A program made the position numbers and the translations under genes. Below, in pieces: positions 44,355 through 53,873 of a stretch of DNA of 53,873 nucleotides. Below the pieces are notes generated by a model that searched no databases, was not told where the DNA came from, and saw only the letters and a list, made by a program, of their open reading frames with translations. This stretch comes from an uncultured Desulfobacteraceae bacterium. GTDB lineage: Bacteria; Desulfobacterota; DSM-4660; Desulfatiglandales; HGW-15. The DNA is taken from assembly GCA_964644375.1 (NCBI GenBank), contig CAZXWJ010000002.1:1-53873 (forward strand). The letters run 5' to 3'. Numbering within the stretch: the stretch's first letter is position 1; each line of letters begins with the position of its first letter.

Positions 44355-45140
44355 TTAGCGCTTAGTCAGCGCCAGTTCAACCAAGAATTTAAAAACATCT
44401 ATACCCATGAGATCGGCTGGTTCCTCACCTCGGACATATCGCGAGACCCAGGCCAGATCTGAATCACTCTTCGGTGAAAAAGGTCCTTTCTTCAGGCCTA
44501 ACGACAGGGTTTCTTCGCTGAAGAGGAGGAGATGCTCGAAGGAAGGAACAACGCCGGCGTTAAGCATTGGCCTTGCAAAGATCTGTAAATCCTGCTCCGC
44601 AACCCCAAGAGAAACGGACTGGAAATCCAGTAGTTCCAAGAAGAGATCGAAAGGCTCCTGTATTTTTTCAAGGGATTCTCGCTCAAGACCCTGGCGCGCG
44701 TCTTCAAGGAGAGGCACCAGGTCATCCCTGGTATAGGTGAGATCCAGCAGCGCCAAAGCGTCGGCGTGTAATCTCTTAAGGGAATCCTTCCCTTTACTTA
44801 CAATTACGTCCTGATCATTCATGATTTTCTTGATATTTCCAATGCTAAACATTTCCTGCCAGCGCGGGCTTTTGCGAAGGGCAACGTCAGTCAAAGTTGT
44901 GTGATAGATGGGCAATTCATTGTCGAAAACCAAGACTTCCATGATCTCGCCCTCCAGAGGACGTATGTAAAGATGGAGATCCCTGAACTTCTTGTGCTCA
45001 AGATCAGTAATATCGAGAAGTTCCTGCATGCGAACCTTGTCCACCCTCCGCCTTCCGGGGGGCTCTCTAATGGTGGAAACCAATTTTCGCAAAAGTCTGT
45101 CGAGCTTGATTTTGGCTTTGAGGTCCTCTTTAAAGGACAT
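44355..45140 (-). CDS. Hypothetical cytoplasmic protein (261 aa)
   Basis: This is a long unambiguous ORF starting 57 nt downstream of the glucan synthase stop on the same strand. It has no signal peptide or TM segment, and no motif was recognised. Confidence 0.7.
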   Translation of the reverse strand: MSFKEDLKAKIKLDRLLRKLVSTIREPPGRRRVDKVRMQELLDITDLEHKKFRDLHLYIRPLEGEIMEVLVFDNELPIYHTTLTDVALRKSPRWQEMFSIGNIKKIMNDQDVIVSKGKDSLKRLHADALALLDLTYTRDDLVPLLEDARQGLERESLEKIQEPFDLFLELLDFQSVSLGVAEQDLQIFARPMLNAGVVPSFEHLLLFSEETLSLGLKKGPFSPKSDSDLAWVSRYVRGEEPADLMGIDVFKFLVELALTKR

Positions 45141-45197
45141 GACAACAACCTGCCCGCAGTCCGGGTTGTGATGTTAGGTGCTTGTTACAGTAAGGCG

Positions 45198-48100
45198 CTA
45201 CACAACGGGTATTCTTACCTCGACCGAGTGTTCCTGATGGTCGTCAATCAGGGGAATAGCCTTGTCGTGTCGCTCGACTCCGTCAACAGTTACACCGGCC
45301 CCGCCTTTGTCTTCGCGCGTTTGAAGGACATCAATGTGGTAGACGGTCTCCCGATATCGGTAGTGCACCTTGAACGCCCCCCAATCCACAGGGAGGCAAG
45401 GCGTGACATGCAGCTTGTTTACTTCCAGCCGCAGACCCAGGAGCGATTCCACGATCAAGCGGTACGTCCAGGCGGCCGATCCGGTATACCAAGTCCAGCC
45501 ACCGCGGCCGGTATGCGGCGAGAGCGCATAGACGTCGGCCGAAACGACATAGGGTTCTACTTTGTAGATCGCAGCATCCTCAGGAGATTTTGCATGGTTC
45601 ACCGGGTTGATCATTGTAAATAGTTCCCACGCACGACGGCTGTCGCCCAATGCAGCAAACGCCATCGCCGCCCAGATGGCCGCATGGGTATACTGCCCGC
45701 CATTTTCTCTTACGCCCGGGACATATCCCTTGATGTAGCCGGGATTTAAATTCGACTTGTCGAACGGCGGATCCAAAAGCTGAATGAGCTTGTTGTCGCG
45801 GCGAACGAGGCGCTGATCCACAGCTTCCATGGCCAGGCGGGAGCGCCCGGTGTCCCCTGCTCCGGATAGAACAGACCAGCTTTGCGCAATCGAATCAATC
45901 CGGCATTCAGGGTTGCTCGCCGACCCAAGCGGCGAGCCGTCGTCAAAGTAGGCGCGGCGGTACCACCCTCCATCCCATCCATTCTGCTCGAGATTCCGGC
46001 GCAGTTGAGCCGCCTCCTTCCGGCAACGTTCGACGAAAGACAGGTCACCCCGCATGCGGGCAACCTCCGTGAACTGCATGAGCACTTCATAAAGAAAAAA
46101 CCCCAACCATACGCTTTCGCCTTTGCCGTGTTCGCCCACTAGGTTCATACCGTCGTTCCAGTCACCTGAACCGATGAGCGGCAGGCCGTGTTCACCAAAT
46201 TTGAGACTGTTCAGGATGGCGCGGACACAGTGTTCGTAAAGACTCGCCATTTCTCCGGAGCGCCCGGGCAGATCGAAATAAGAGTCTTCATCCGCTTTTA
46301 CCGGGCGGCCATGGACGAAGTGGATGGTCTCATCCAACACGCCGGTGTCCCCTGTGGTGGAGACATAGCGGCACGTCGTGAGCGGTAGCCAGAGGTAATC
46401 GTCCGAACAGTGGGTACGCACACCCCGACCCGTTGGAGGATGCCACCAATGCTGAACATCTCCTTCCTGGAATTGACGGGCCGCGCACAGGAGCAGATGC
46501 TCGCGCACGAGATGCGGCCTGGCGTGGATGAGTGCTATCACGTCCTGCAACTGATCGCGGAAACCGAAGGCACCCCCAGACTGGTAGGTTGCACTTCGGG
46601 CCCAAAGGCGGCACGCCAAAGTTTGGTACAGCAGCCAGCCGTTGGCCAACACATTGAGGGACGGGTCCGGTGTTTCCACATTTACCGCGCCAAGGGTGTG
46701 CGTCCAGTGCTGCCACACCACATCGAGAGCGCCTTGCGCGGCGGTTGATCCTCGAAAGCGTTTGAGCAGATTTCTGGCATCGTCGGCGTCTCGCCCTACG
46801 CCGAGCCTGAAGATGATCTCACGTTCTTGCCCGGCGGCCAGATCAAAGCTCACCTGGATCGCGGCACAGGGATCCAGGCCAGCCCCCACCTTGCCGGAAA
46901 GGCGCATGCGCGTCATGGCGGCAGGAGAGCGTAGCGTGCCGTTGCGTCCCAGGAATTCAGTCCGATTGCCGGTTACGGTGCGAGTCGTATCGTCCACGTC
47001 GAAGAAGGCAGTCCGATCGGCAAATTCAGTGTTGTAGAGGTTCCGCGCGAAGAGCGTTCCGCTCCCGGGGTCGAATTCGGTGACCACATGCATGGTCGAT
47101 TTCGGCCGCAGGTCGCCGAGCACCCATTCCGCGTATCCGGTAGCGGATAGCCGGCGTGATCGGCCCGACTCGTTTCGCACTTTGAGCACCGTAAACTTGA
47201 TCGCTGCGTCCATGGCCACGTAAACCCACACCTCTGAGCGTATGCCGCGTTCCATGTGCTCGAAGACGCTGTAGCCGAACCCGTGTCGGGTAACGTAAGG
47301 CGTCGTCCCGCGGCATGGCAGCGGCGTGGGCGACCAGAAGTGACCTCTCTCTTCATCACGGAGGTAAAACGCTTCTCCGCTCGAATCGCTCACGGGATCG
47401 TTGTTCCAGGGGGTAAGACGAAACTCGTGGGCATTTTCGCTCCAGGTATAGGCAGCTCCGCTTTCTGAAATGACGCTACCGAAGTGCGGGTTGGCCAGCA
47501 CATTCACCCACGGCGCCGGTGTCACCTGCCCGTGCGCGGTGGTAATAACATACTCGCGTCCATCCGGGGTGAATCCGCCCATCCCGTTGAAAAACGTCAG
47601 ATCGTGGCGAGGCAATGCGGCCACTGTCGGGGGTTCGGATCGGCGGGTTCGGGTCGGCGAAAGGAGCGGCACTGCAGTTTCCACCAGACTGCGCCGATTG
47701 ATCTGGTCCGCCAGGGCCCCCCGACTGTCGGTGAGGATGACCCGGGCAACCGTTTGGATCAGGATGCGGTCCTCGTTCGATATCTGGTCCGCAGGTCTTA
47801 CAAAGATGCCGCCGGGTCGATCGGTCACGTTGGCTTCGATGCCAGCGGCTATCAACCCCATGATCTGATCGTGGAGGAGTTGCCGGTAACCGGCGTGATC
47901 TTCGTTCCAGATCATCAGGTCCACCGCCAGTCCTTTTAGACGCCAGTACCCATGGGCCTGCACGAGCTGGCGCACCAGCTCGATATTGGCCGGATCTTCG
48001 ATCTGCAGCAGCACAATCGGTAAATCGCCGGAGATGGCGTATCCCCAAAGACCGGATTGCCCGCGGCGGTTCTTGATGAGGAGGCCAGGATTGGCTCGCA

Positions 48101-51100
48101 ACGAAGAATTTGCGTAAAGGACCGAGCTGGCGATCTGCCCACAGAGTTGCGCGTCTGCCTCGGTGGCATTGATCTGCTGCAAGACCACCTGGCTGTGTGA
48201 CCACGCCAGATCAAAGACGCGATCTGCGAGACGCCGATCCTGGTATTTCCCGACCAGGCCCAGGCATGCATCGCGGGTCTCGCCGATGCCGGAGACCATA
48301 TTGATCGTCGCCGATTCTTCCGGGTCGAGGTTGATCTGGTACCGGATGGCGACGATCGGATCGAGCACGGAGCCCTCGCTGTCCGAAAGCGCAGCAGGCC
48401 CGTTCATCGCCCGGGGGTCCTCGACGGTATTGCCGCGGCCGATGAACTGCATACGATCTGTCTCATAGGAGACTTCTCCGATCTCCGCCCCGTGCACGGC
48501 CATCAGATGAAACATCCATGGCGCCTGTTCGTCCAGGGAGCGAGGCCGGCGAGTGCAGAGAATCGCCCGTTGCGGGCGGAGGATTTCGGTTTGAACAAAG
48601 AGGTTACTGAACGCCGGATGCAGGGCATCCGCCGCCGCCGAGGCCAGAACGACTTCCGCGTAACTCGTGACATCAATCGCCCTGCGTGTTCGGGCACGGT
48701 TGGTGATTGTGATGCGTCGTAGTTCGATGTCATCCTCGGGCGAAACGGTGATCTCCGTATGTGTATCGAATTCGCTGTGGCGGCAGCGGAATTCCACCCT
48801 CGCCTCCGAGAAAATCGCTTCGTAAGGGTCCGCTCGCTTGAGCGTCGGCTGATAGGCGGTCGACCAGAACTCCCCGCTGGTCATGTCGCGAAGGTAGCAG
48901 AAGGTGCCCCAGTTGTCGCAGGTACCGTCTTCTCGCCAGCGCGTGACGGCCATGTCCTTCCAGCGACTGTACCCACCACCCGCGTTCGTGACCATCACGT
49001 GGTAACTGCCGTTCGACAGAAGCTGCACCTCCGGTATCGGAGTGTCGGGACTGCGGAAGATGCGCACCGGCGTTTCCGGCACCGTGAATGTCGTCCGTGA
49101 ATCGGAGATCTCGGCGGTGTGCCAATAGAACGCCGAGGGCTTGGGAATACGCTCCTGGAGCAATAGCGTGGTCGCCTGGAACAACGGGTCCGAATCGAAT
49201 CGCTTTTGCATCGGACGGTCCAGGAGCAGATAGGCCAGGGCGAGGAAGCTCATGCCCTCGTGATGGGCCATGTACGACCGGACCACTGCACTCGATTGCC
49301 CGCGCGGCAGTCGCGATGGGGTGTAGTCGATGGCTTCATAGAAGCCGTATTTCCCATCCAGCCCTTCAGCTGCGAGTCGCTGCAAATTCAGGCATGCCTC
49401 CTCGGGTGCCACCATCAGGGCGAGCGCCGAGGCATAGGGCGCAATGACCGAATCCTCAGCGAGCCCGCGTTTGAGCCCCAGGCCGGGCACGCCGAAGGCG
49501 CGGTATTGGTAACTGAGATGAACGTCGATTGTATTGTAGCCGGATTCCGAAATACCCCAAGGTAGCCCGCGGCTCCTTCCATACTCGATCTGCCTTTCCA
49601 CCGCGGCCTGGTAGGTCTGGTCGAGCAGAGTGTCTTCATAAGTCGGCATCACCAGAAGCGGCATGAGGTACTCAAACATCGAACCGCTCCACGAAAGTAG
49701 GATCGGTTTTCCATCGACGGTGGTGAGTAGGCGCCCCAGGGCAAACCAGCTCTCCTGAGGCAGTTTTCCCTGAGCAATTGCCACGAAACTGCAAAATCTC
49801 GCTTCCGAAGCCAACAGATCGTAGTAACTCGAGTCCCGGCGTCGCTCCGCAACGTTGTAGCCGATCGCCAAGAGATGACGCGTCTTGTCAAACAGGAAGT
49901 CATACTGCATATCGGCCATTTCGCCGGATTGCCGCGCCAGGCTTTCGATGGCCACAATCCTTGTTTTGGCTCGACTGCTTGCTTGGGTGATGAGGCGTTG
50001 AAGCTTATCAAGCCGTGCGTTTTCCCCGGACGGCGCGGCAGAGCTCAGTTGCTGCTCGATGGTCGGCAGGAGCTTCATGTCCAGTGCTGCCAGTTCGCGC
50101 AGTGTCGGGACCTCGTCGAGATCGGGAAAGTCTCCGAGGCCATTCTGAGAAGACAAGAGATCTGTCCACGGAGCGAGAGAGGTGAGTTCATCGACGGCGT
50201 CTCGACATTGTCCGACGAACGCACGGGCCCACCACATCAATTGGCTTTCGGGGTCTGCATCGAGAGCATGGATGCCGGCGACCAACTCCGCGGCGGACGT
50301 TGCCAACCGATCAAGGCATAGTCGCGAAGCCATGAGCGTGGTGGGAAGGGAGCGGGCCTCAGACTCCAGATCCTGCTGAAGTTGAGTGAGCTGGGCTGGA
50401 GCGTATTCTTCCGGGGTGGCGGCCGCGGTATTCGTGACAATCCCGAGGGTATCACTCAGGCCCTCAAACAAACGCGCTCCCAGGATCTTGTGATCGATAA
50501 GTCCGAGTAGCCCCGGCCGCAAGGTCAGCAGGTGGCCCGCTAGATTGCCGCTGTCCACCGTCGAGATATAGGTCGGTCGCAGCGGTTTCAGGGACTGGGT
50601 GTCATACCAGTTGTAGAAGTGGCCTTGGTACCGTTCCAATTTTTGCATCGCGTGAAACGCATTCCCCGTTCGCTCGATGAGTCGCCCGGCCGAAATATAG
50701 CCAAAGTCGTACGCAGACAAATTCGCCAAGAGCGCAAGTCCCATGTTGGTGGGCGACGTTCGATGCCCGACCACGGGAGCTGGATGCTCTTGATAATTAT
50801 CCGGCGGCAGCCAATGATCTTCCGGGCCGACGAAAGTCTCGAAGAACGCCCAGGTTTTTCGAGAAAGTTTCTTAAGAAAGAGGGTCTGCTCATCCGTCAG
50901 CCTTGTTCGCCGGCGAGCAAGAGGCCGGCTGATCCACCAGGCGATAGCAGGAGAGGCGAACCAGAGGCCCAGGATGGGCCCGGCCACAACGAGGGCGGCC
51001 GGCCTCGAAACGGTCAGATAAATCCCCGCAGCAGCGGCCAGGACGGGGGCAAACCACATTGTCCGCCAAGAGGCGGCGAGGTCCGTACGGCTTTGGCGAT

Positions 51101-53873
51101 CGGCGTCATTCGACGGGTTCCATTCCAAAAGTCGTTTGTGGGTGACCCACATTCGCCAGGCCGCGCGCACAATCGCATCCAGACTGAAGAAGGCCTCATA
51201 GGGGAGACAGGTGAGAGAAAAGGCCGCCTGAGCGAAGTGCCGGCCGGCCGAGCGCAACATGCCTGCAAGATGCTGACGCAGCCGCAAATCGCCCGGTTTC
51301 TGGAACAAATCCAGAAAAGAGGCTATCCCGGGGGGGGCCAGGATGGTTCCGATTACGGCGAGGGTCCATAGCCAAGGCGGGGACAAGACGGTCCAGCCGA
51401 GGAGCAATAACAAGGTCAGTGCTACCGATACGAGGCTCCGACGAAGGTTGTCGAAAATCTTCCATCGGGACACCCCGGAAAGCGGATTCTTCCGGCGAGT
51501 TCCTCCGAGGCCGGGAACGAACGGCATCAACCAGCGGGCAATTTGCCAATCCCCGCGAATCCAGCGGTGTCGACGGCTCACGTCCGCGCTGTAGCGGGAT
51601 GGAGATTCCTCGTACAACAGCACATCGCTGAGCAGCCCCGCCCGCGCGTAGCATCCCTCCACAAGGTCATGACTGAGGATCCGGTTCTCGGGAAAACGTC
51701 CCTTGAGTGCCCATTCGAACGCATCGACATCATAGATCCCCTTGCCGATGAATGAGCCTTCACCGAACAGGTCCTGGTAGACATCGGAGACGACCCGGGT
51801 ATACGGGTCGATGCCCGGCTCACTCCCGAACAATCGTGCATATCGCGACCGGTTCATTCCCGGCAGACTCACGGCCACCCGGGGCTGAAGGATGCCGTAC
51901 CCCTTATCGATTCTCTGCCTGCCTTCGTCGTACCGCGCCCGATTCAGCGGGTGCGCCATGGCTCCTACAAACTGCCATGCCGAATCGCGGGGAAGCTGCG
52001 TATCCGTGTCCAGGGTGATCACATACTTCACGTTCGATAACACAAAAATATCCCCAATGATGAGGGAGAAGCGGTCCCTTGTGTCGCCGCGTAGAAACGA
52101 ATTCAAATCAGCAAGCTTTCCTCGCTTCCGCTCGTAACCCATCCAAATTTGCTCCCGAGGGTTCCAACGGCGCGGACGATGAAATAGGAAGAACGTGTCG
52201 GCTTTTGGGCCTCGGTACTTTTCGTTCAGCTCTTGAATTCTCTTTTGGGCCAACTGTAAAAAAGGTTCGTCCTCTGGAAGCGTTTCCTCAGGTGCGTCCC
52301 GGAAATCCGTCAGCAAACCGAAGTGCAGATGCTCGTCTCGATTGGCCAGAAATCGAACTTCCAGCGCCTCGACCAGGTCCTCAACGTTTTGAGCACTCGT
52401 GAGCATCGTCGGGATCACGGCGAGGGTACGCGATTCCGGAGGAATTCCTCCGGAAAAGTCCATTCGCGGCAGCAAGCGCGGCGTCGCCAGTAATGTCACC
52501 AGCCAGTTCACCACCGCCACGGCCAGATGACTTGCGCCCAACAACAAAGGGAGACCTATCAGCGCAAGGAGCCAATCCCGGTACCCCATGCTATGCACCT
52601 TCACCAACAAACTCCCGGTGAAAATAGCCGAAATCAGAGTGATTATGGCAAGATAGAAGAACAAAGGGAACTGACGGCTTAATCGCCGAAGAGCCTCAAG
52701 GGGAGATCGGCGCACCTGCACCGTTCCTTCGAGCTGCCGTAACCCCTCGTCGATCAGGTAGAACCCGACATGGGCTGTTCGATCGGCGCTGTTATCCTTG
52801 GCTGCGGCCTCGCAGGCCAATCGGATCGCTTCACGGGCCACCTCGCTTTCGGATCGCTGGCTGCTCTTTGCGATCTTTTCAACGACGTGACGGTAGCGAT
52901 CCCGGGTGGCAAAATCCATACTGCCATAGACGCCGATAGGATCCGAACGCAGGGTCTGTTCGACACCGCTCATCGTCTCGACGAACTCACGCCAGTCCAT
53001 CGCTCCCAGAAATCGGAGGCTGCCGATGCTGTTGCTTAGGGAAACCTGATCGGCGGCCTGTTGTTGGTTCTCCGCCTGCACCAGTTGCTCAATCGTCAGG
53101 CCGGATTCGGAGAGCTGCTGCTCAATCCAGGTGAGCGGCAAGGCCAAGTCAGTGCTTCGTCCCTGCAACCGCCGCGAAAATTCCGCGACATATGAACTCA
53201 CCAGCGGCGGATTCGACCGGGCCATATCCGCAATCACGAGAATCAGACTCTTCGGGTCTTTCTCCGCGATCTCCGTCAAGTGATCCGCCCAGTAGTCGGC
53301 GCGGTTGCGTTCAGCCCGGTCGGCGGCAATCCGGGTTCCAACGCGACGCAGATTCTCGATCAGGGCGAGGCGCAGCATGATCGGGACGGCCCACAATTCG
53401 CCAAGCTTCAGGATGGTCACCGTTTGGTAGGCGGCCACGAAACTGCCGAGACTTTCCGGATCCGCCCGCCCATCGCCGTGCGAGATAATCTCCAGCGCAA
53501 TGTCGTACACGCGTGGAAGCCCGGCCGATGGGCCGTTCAGCAGGCGTGGCAGTTCCCGGCTGTAACCCTCGGGCAAGTGCCGCCTGGCCATGCGAATCTG
53601 TTCTTCGATCAGATAGAAGTTGTCGAGCAACCATTCCCCGGCCGGCACAATCCGGCGGTTGGCCTTAACGGCCTCCGTCAGCAGGTTGTGGGCTCCAATC
53701 AGGACACCTTCATTCTCAGCCAGACGCGTCAGCAGTCGGTCCGAAGCACGACCCAAACTCAGTTTGTGCGAGTCCGCCAACGCCTTGCCGTGCCCCTTCA
53801 TCTGCTCTCTGCTGAACAGTTCCGATCGCAGCGGTGGTTCGTCGCCGGCGACCTCTTGTGCCAGGCCGGTTCT
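45198..53873 (-). CDS. ndvB: Cyclic beta-1,2-glucan synthase (GT84 glycosyltransferase plus GH94 phosphorylase-like domains); N-terminus lies outside the window
   Basis: The reading frame covers 2,867 aa and stays open for the remaining 24 codons to the window edge (RTGLAQEVAGDEPPLRSELFSREQ-MKGHG..). The N-terminal region reads 'EWLLDNFYLIEEQIR..GELWAVPIMLRLALIENLRR'. The GT core reads 'ITLDTDTQLPRDSAW..GKGIYDVDAFE..ILSHDLVEG..RWIRGDWQ'. There are multiple TM segments and a large C-terminal GH94-like region. Confidence 0.9.
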   Translation of the reverse strand, partial: RTGLAQEVAGDEPPLRSELFSREQMKGHGKALADSHKLSLGRASDRLLTRLAENEGVLIGAHNLLTEAVKANRRIVPAGEWLLDNFYLIEEQIRMARRHLPEGYSRELPRLLNGPSAGLPRVYDIALEIISHGDGRADPESLGSFVAAYQTVTILKLGELWAVPIMLRLALIENLRRVGTRIAADRAERNRADYWADHLTEIAEKDPKSLILVIADMARSNPPLVSSYVAEFSRRLQGRSTDLALPLTWIEQQLSESGLTIEQLVQAENQQQAADQVSLSNSIGSLRFLGAMDWREFVETMSGVEQTLRSDPIGVYGSMDFATRDRYRHVVEKIAKSSQRSESEVAREAIRLACEAAAKDNSADRTAHVGFYLIDEGLRQLEGTVQVRRSPLEALRRLSRQFPLFFYLAIITLISAIFTGSLLVKVHSMGYRDWLLALIGLPLLLGASHLAVAVVNWLVTLLATPRLLPRMDFSGGIPPESRTLAVIPTMLTSAQNVEDLVEALEVRFLANRDEHLHFGLLTDFRDAPEETLPEDEPFLQLAQKRIQELNEKYRGPKADTFFLFHRPRRWNPREQIWMGYERKRGKLADLNSFLRGDTRDRFSLIIGDIFVLSNVKYVITLDTDTQLPRDSAWQFVGAMAHPLNRARYDEGRQRIDKGYGILQPRVAVSLPGMNRSRYARLFGSEPGIDPYTRVVSDVYQDLFGEGSFIGKGIYDVDAFEWALKGRFPENRILSHDLVEGCYARAGLLSDVLLYEESPSRYSADVSRRHRWIRGDWQIARWLMPFVPGLGGTRRKNPLSGVSRWKIFDNLRRSLVSVALTLLLLLGWTVLSPPWLWTLAVIGTILAPPGIASFLDLFQKPGDLRLRQHLAGMLRSAGRHFAQAAFSLTCLPYEAFFSLDAIVRAAWRMWVTHKRLLEWNPSNDADRQSRTDLAASWRTMWFAPVLAAAAGIYLTVSRPAALVVAGPILGLWFASPAIAWWISRPLARRRTRLTDEQTLFLKKLSRKTWAFFETFVGPEDHWLPPDNYQEHPAPVVGHRTSPTNMGLALLANLSAYDFGYISAGRLIERTGNAFHAMQKLERYQGHFYNWYDTQSLKPLRPTYISTVDSGNLAGHLLTLRPGLLGLIDHKILGARLFEGLSDTLGIVTNTAAATPEEYAPAQLTQLQQDLESEARSLPTTLMASRLCLDRLATSAAELVAGIHALDADPESQLMWWARAFVGQCRDAVDELTSLAPWTDLLSSQNGLGDFPDLDEVPTLRELAALDMKLLPTIEQQLSSAAPSGENARLDKLQRLITQASSRAKTRIVAIESLARQSGEMADMQYDFLFDKTRHLLAIGYNVAERRRDSSYYDLLASEARFCSFVAIAQGKLPQESWFALGRLLTTVDGKPILLSWSGSMFEYLMPLLVMPTYEDTLLDQTYQAAVERQIEYGRSRGLPWGISESGYNTIDVHLSYQYRAFGVPGLGLKRGLAEDSVIAPYASALALMVAPEEACLNLQRLAAEGLDGKYGFYEAIDYTPSRLPRGQSSAVVRSYMAHHEGMSFLALAYLLLDRPMQKRFDSDPLFQATTLLLQERIPKPSAFYWHTAEISDSRTTFTVPETPVRIFRSPDTPIPEVQLLSNGSYHVMVTNAGGGYSRWKDMAVTRWREDGTCDNWGTFCYLRDMTSGEFWSTAYQPTLKRADPYEAIFSEARVEFRCRHSEFDTHTEITVSPEDDIELRRITITNRARTRRAIDVTSYAEVVLASAAADALHPAFSNLFVQTEILRPQRAILCTRRPRSLDEQAPWMFHLMAVHGAEIGEVSYETDRMQFIGRGNTVEDPRAMNGPAALSDSEGSVLDPIVAIRYQINLDPEESATINMVSGIGETRDACLGLVGKYQDRRLADRVFDLAWSHSQVVLQQINATEADAQLCGQIASSVLYANSSLRANPGLLIKNRRGQSGLWGYAISGDLPIVLLQIEDPANIELVRQLVQAHGYWRLKGLAVDLMIWNEDHAGYRQLLHDQIMGLIAAGIEANVTDRPGGIFVRPADQISNEDRILIQTVARVILTDSRGALADQINRRSLVETAVPLLSPTRTRRSEPPTVAALPRHDLTFFNGMGGFTPDGREYVITTAHGQVTPAPWVNVLANPHFGSVISESGAAYTWSENAHEFRLTPWNNDPVSDSSGEAFYLRDEERGHFWSPTPLPCRGTTPYVTRHGFGYSVFEHMERGIRSEVWVYVAMDAAIKFTVLKVRNESGRSRRLSATGYAEWVLGDLRPKSTMHVVTEFDPGSGTLFARNLYNTEFADRTAFFDVDDTTRTVTGNRTEFLGRNGTLRSPAAMTRMRLSGKVGAGLDPCAAIQVSFDLAAGQEREIIFRLGVGRDADDARNLLKRFRGSTAAQGALDVVWQHWTHTLGAVNVETPDPSLNVLANGWLLYQTLACRLWARSATYQSGGAFGFRDQLQDVIALIHARPHLVREHLLLCAARQFQEGDVQHWWHPPTGRGVRTHCSDDYLWLPLTTCRYVSTTGDTGVLDETIHFVHGRPVKADEDSYFDLPGRSGEMASLYEHCVRAILNSLKFGEHGLPLIGSGDWNDGMNLVGEHGKGESVWLGFFLYEVLMQFTEVARMRGDLSFVERCRKEAAQLRRNLEQNGWDGGWYRRAYFDDGSPLGSASNPECRIDSIAQSWSVLSGAGDTGRSRLAMEAVDQRLVRRDNKLIQLLDPPFDKSNLNPGYIKGYVPGVRENGGQYTHAAIWAAMAFAALGDSRRAWELFTMINPVNHAKSPEDAAIYKVEPYVVSADVYALSPHTGRGGWTWYTGSAAWTYRLIVESLLGLRLEVNKLHVTPCLPVDWGAFKVHYRYRETVYHIDVLQTREDKGGAGVTVDGVERHDKAIPLIDDHQEHSVEVRIPVV

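Noticed and set aside
44901-45623. A 240-aa plus-strand ORF spanning the junction of the 261-aa gene and the glucan synthase
   Set aside because: It overlaps two convincing minus-strand genes and crosses their intergenic spacer, so it is not plausible as a gene.
45746-53634. Dozens of 60-250-aa ORFs in all frames inside the glucan synthase gene
   Set aside because: This is the expected consequence of high GC (few stop codons). The single 2,867+ aa frame has family-wide motifs.

Overview
This is a 53.9-kb bacterial chromosomal window. I recognised no rRNA, tRNA, CRISPR array or transposase. All family calls were made by eye from motifs in the supplied translations; no database search was run.

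Layout:
- (i) 1-7.2 kb: the 3' end of an Opp/Dpp-type ABC ATPase, a small membrane protein, an ArsB/NhaD-type permease translationally coupled to an eIF-2B-family protein, a cytidylate-kinase-like protein, a 1.2-kb gene-free gap, and a secreted SGNH/GDSL hydrolase.
- (ii) 7.3-13.5 kb: a minus-strand block of five exported proteins. These are a DUF3160-like protein, a small Cys-containing protein, a papain-like (C1) peptidase carrying a paralogous copy of that small protein as its C-terminal domain, a parvulin PPIase, and an unknown secreted protein.
- (iii) 13.5-15.1 kb: a 1.57-kb AT-rich divergent control region with phased direct repeats and a sigma54-like -24/-12 element.
- (iv) 15.1-40.6 kb: 20 co-oriented genes forming a Wzx/Wzy-dependent polysaccharide locus. 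It has an initiating phosphoglycosyl transferase, four GT2 enzymes, a Wzy-like polymerase, a Wzx flippase, a PCP and an OPX. Its tailoring and regulatory set is unusual: an RmlD-like reductase fused to a PilZ domain, a PCP carrying a cytoplasmic GAF domain where a BY-kinase would sit, two B12-binding radical SAM enzymes, an FAD oxidoreductase, an alkaline-phosphatase-superfamily enzyme, a sulfotransferase, a GH-A-like hydrolase, a TolB-like propeller, and a methyltransferase-like gene that lacks its SAM-binding core.
- (v) 40.9-45.1 kb: a truncated DUF3047-like gene, a DUF547 gene, a low-GC islet with a divergent bifunctional-nuclease-like gene and an orphan secreted protein, and an unknown 261-aa gene.
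- (vi) 45.2 kb to the window end: one giant, markedly GC-rich gene for a cyclic beta-1,2-glucan synthase (more than 2,890 codons) that runs off the window.

The best candidate for something undescribed is the signal-gated polysaccharide locus (PilZ plus GAF) with radical-SAM and sulfation chemistry. Second is the peptidase plus stand-alone C-terminal-domain pair.
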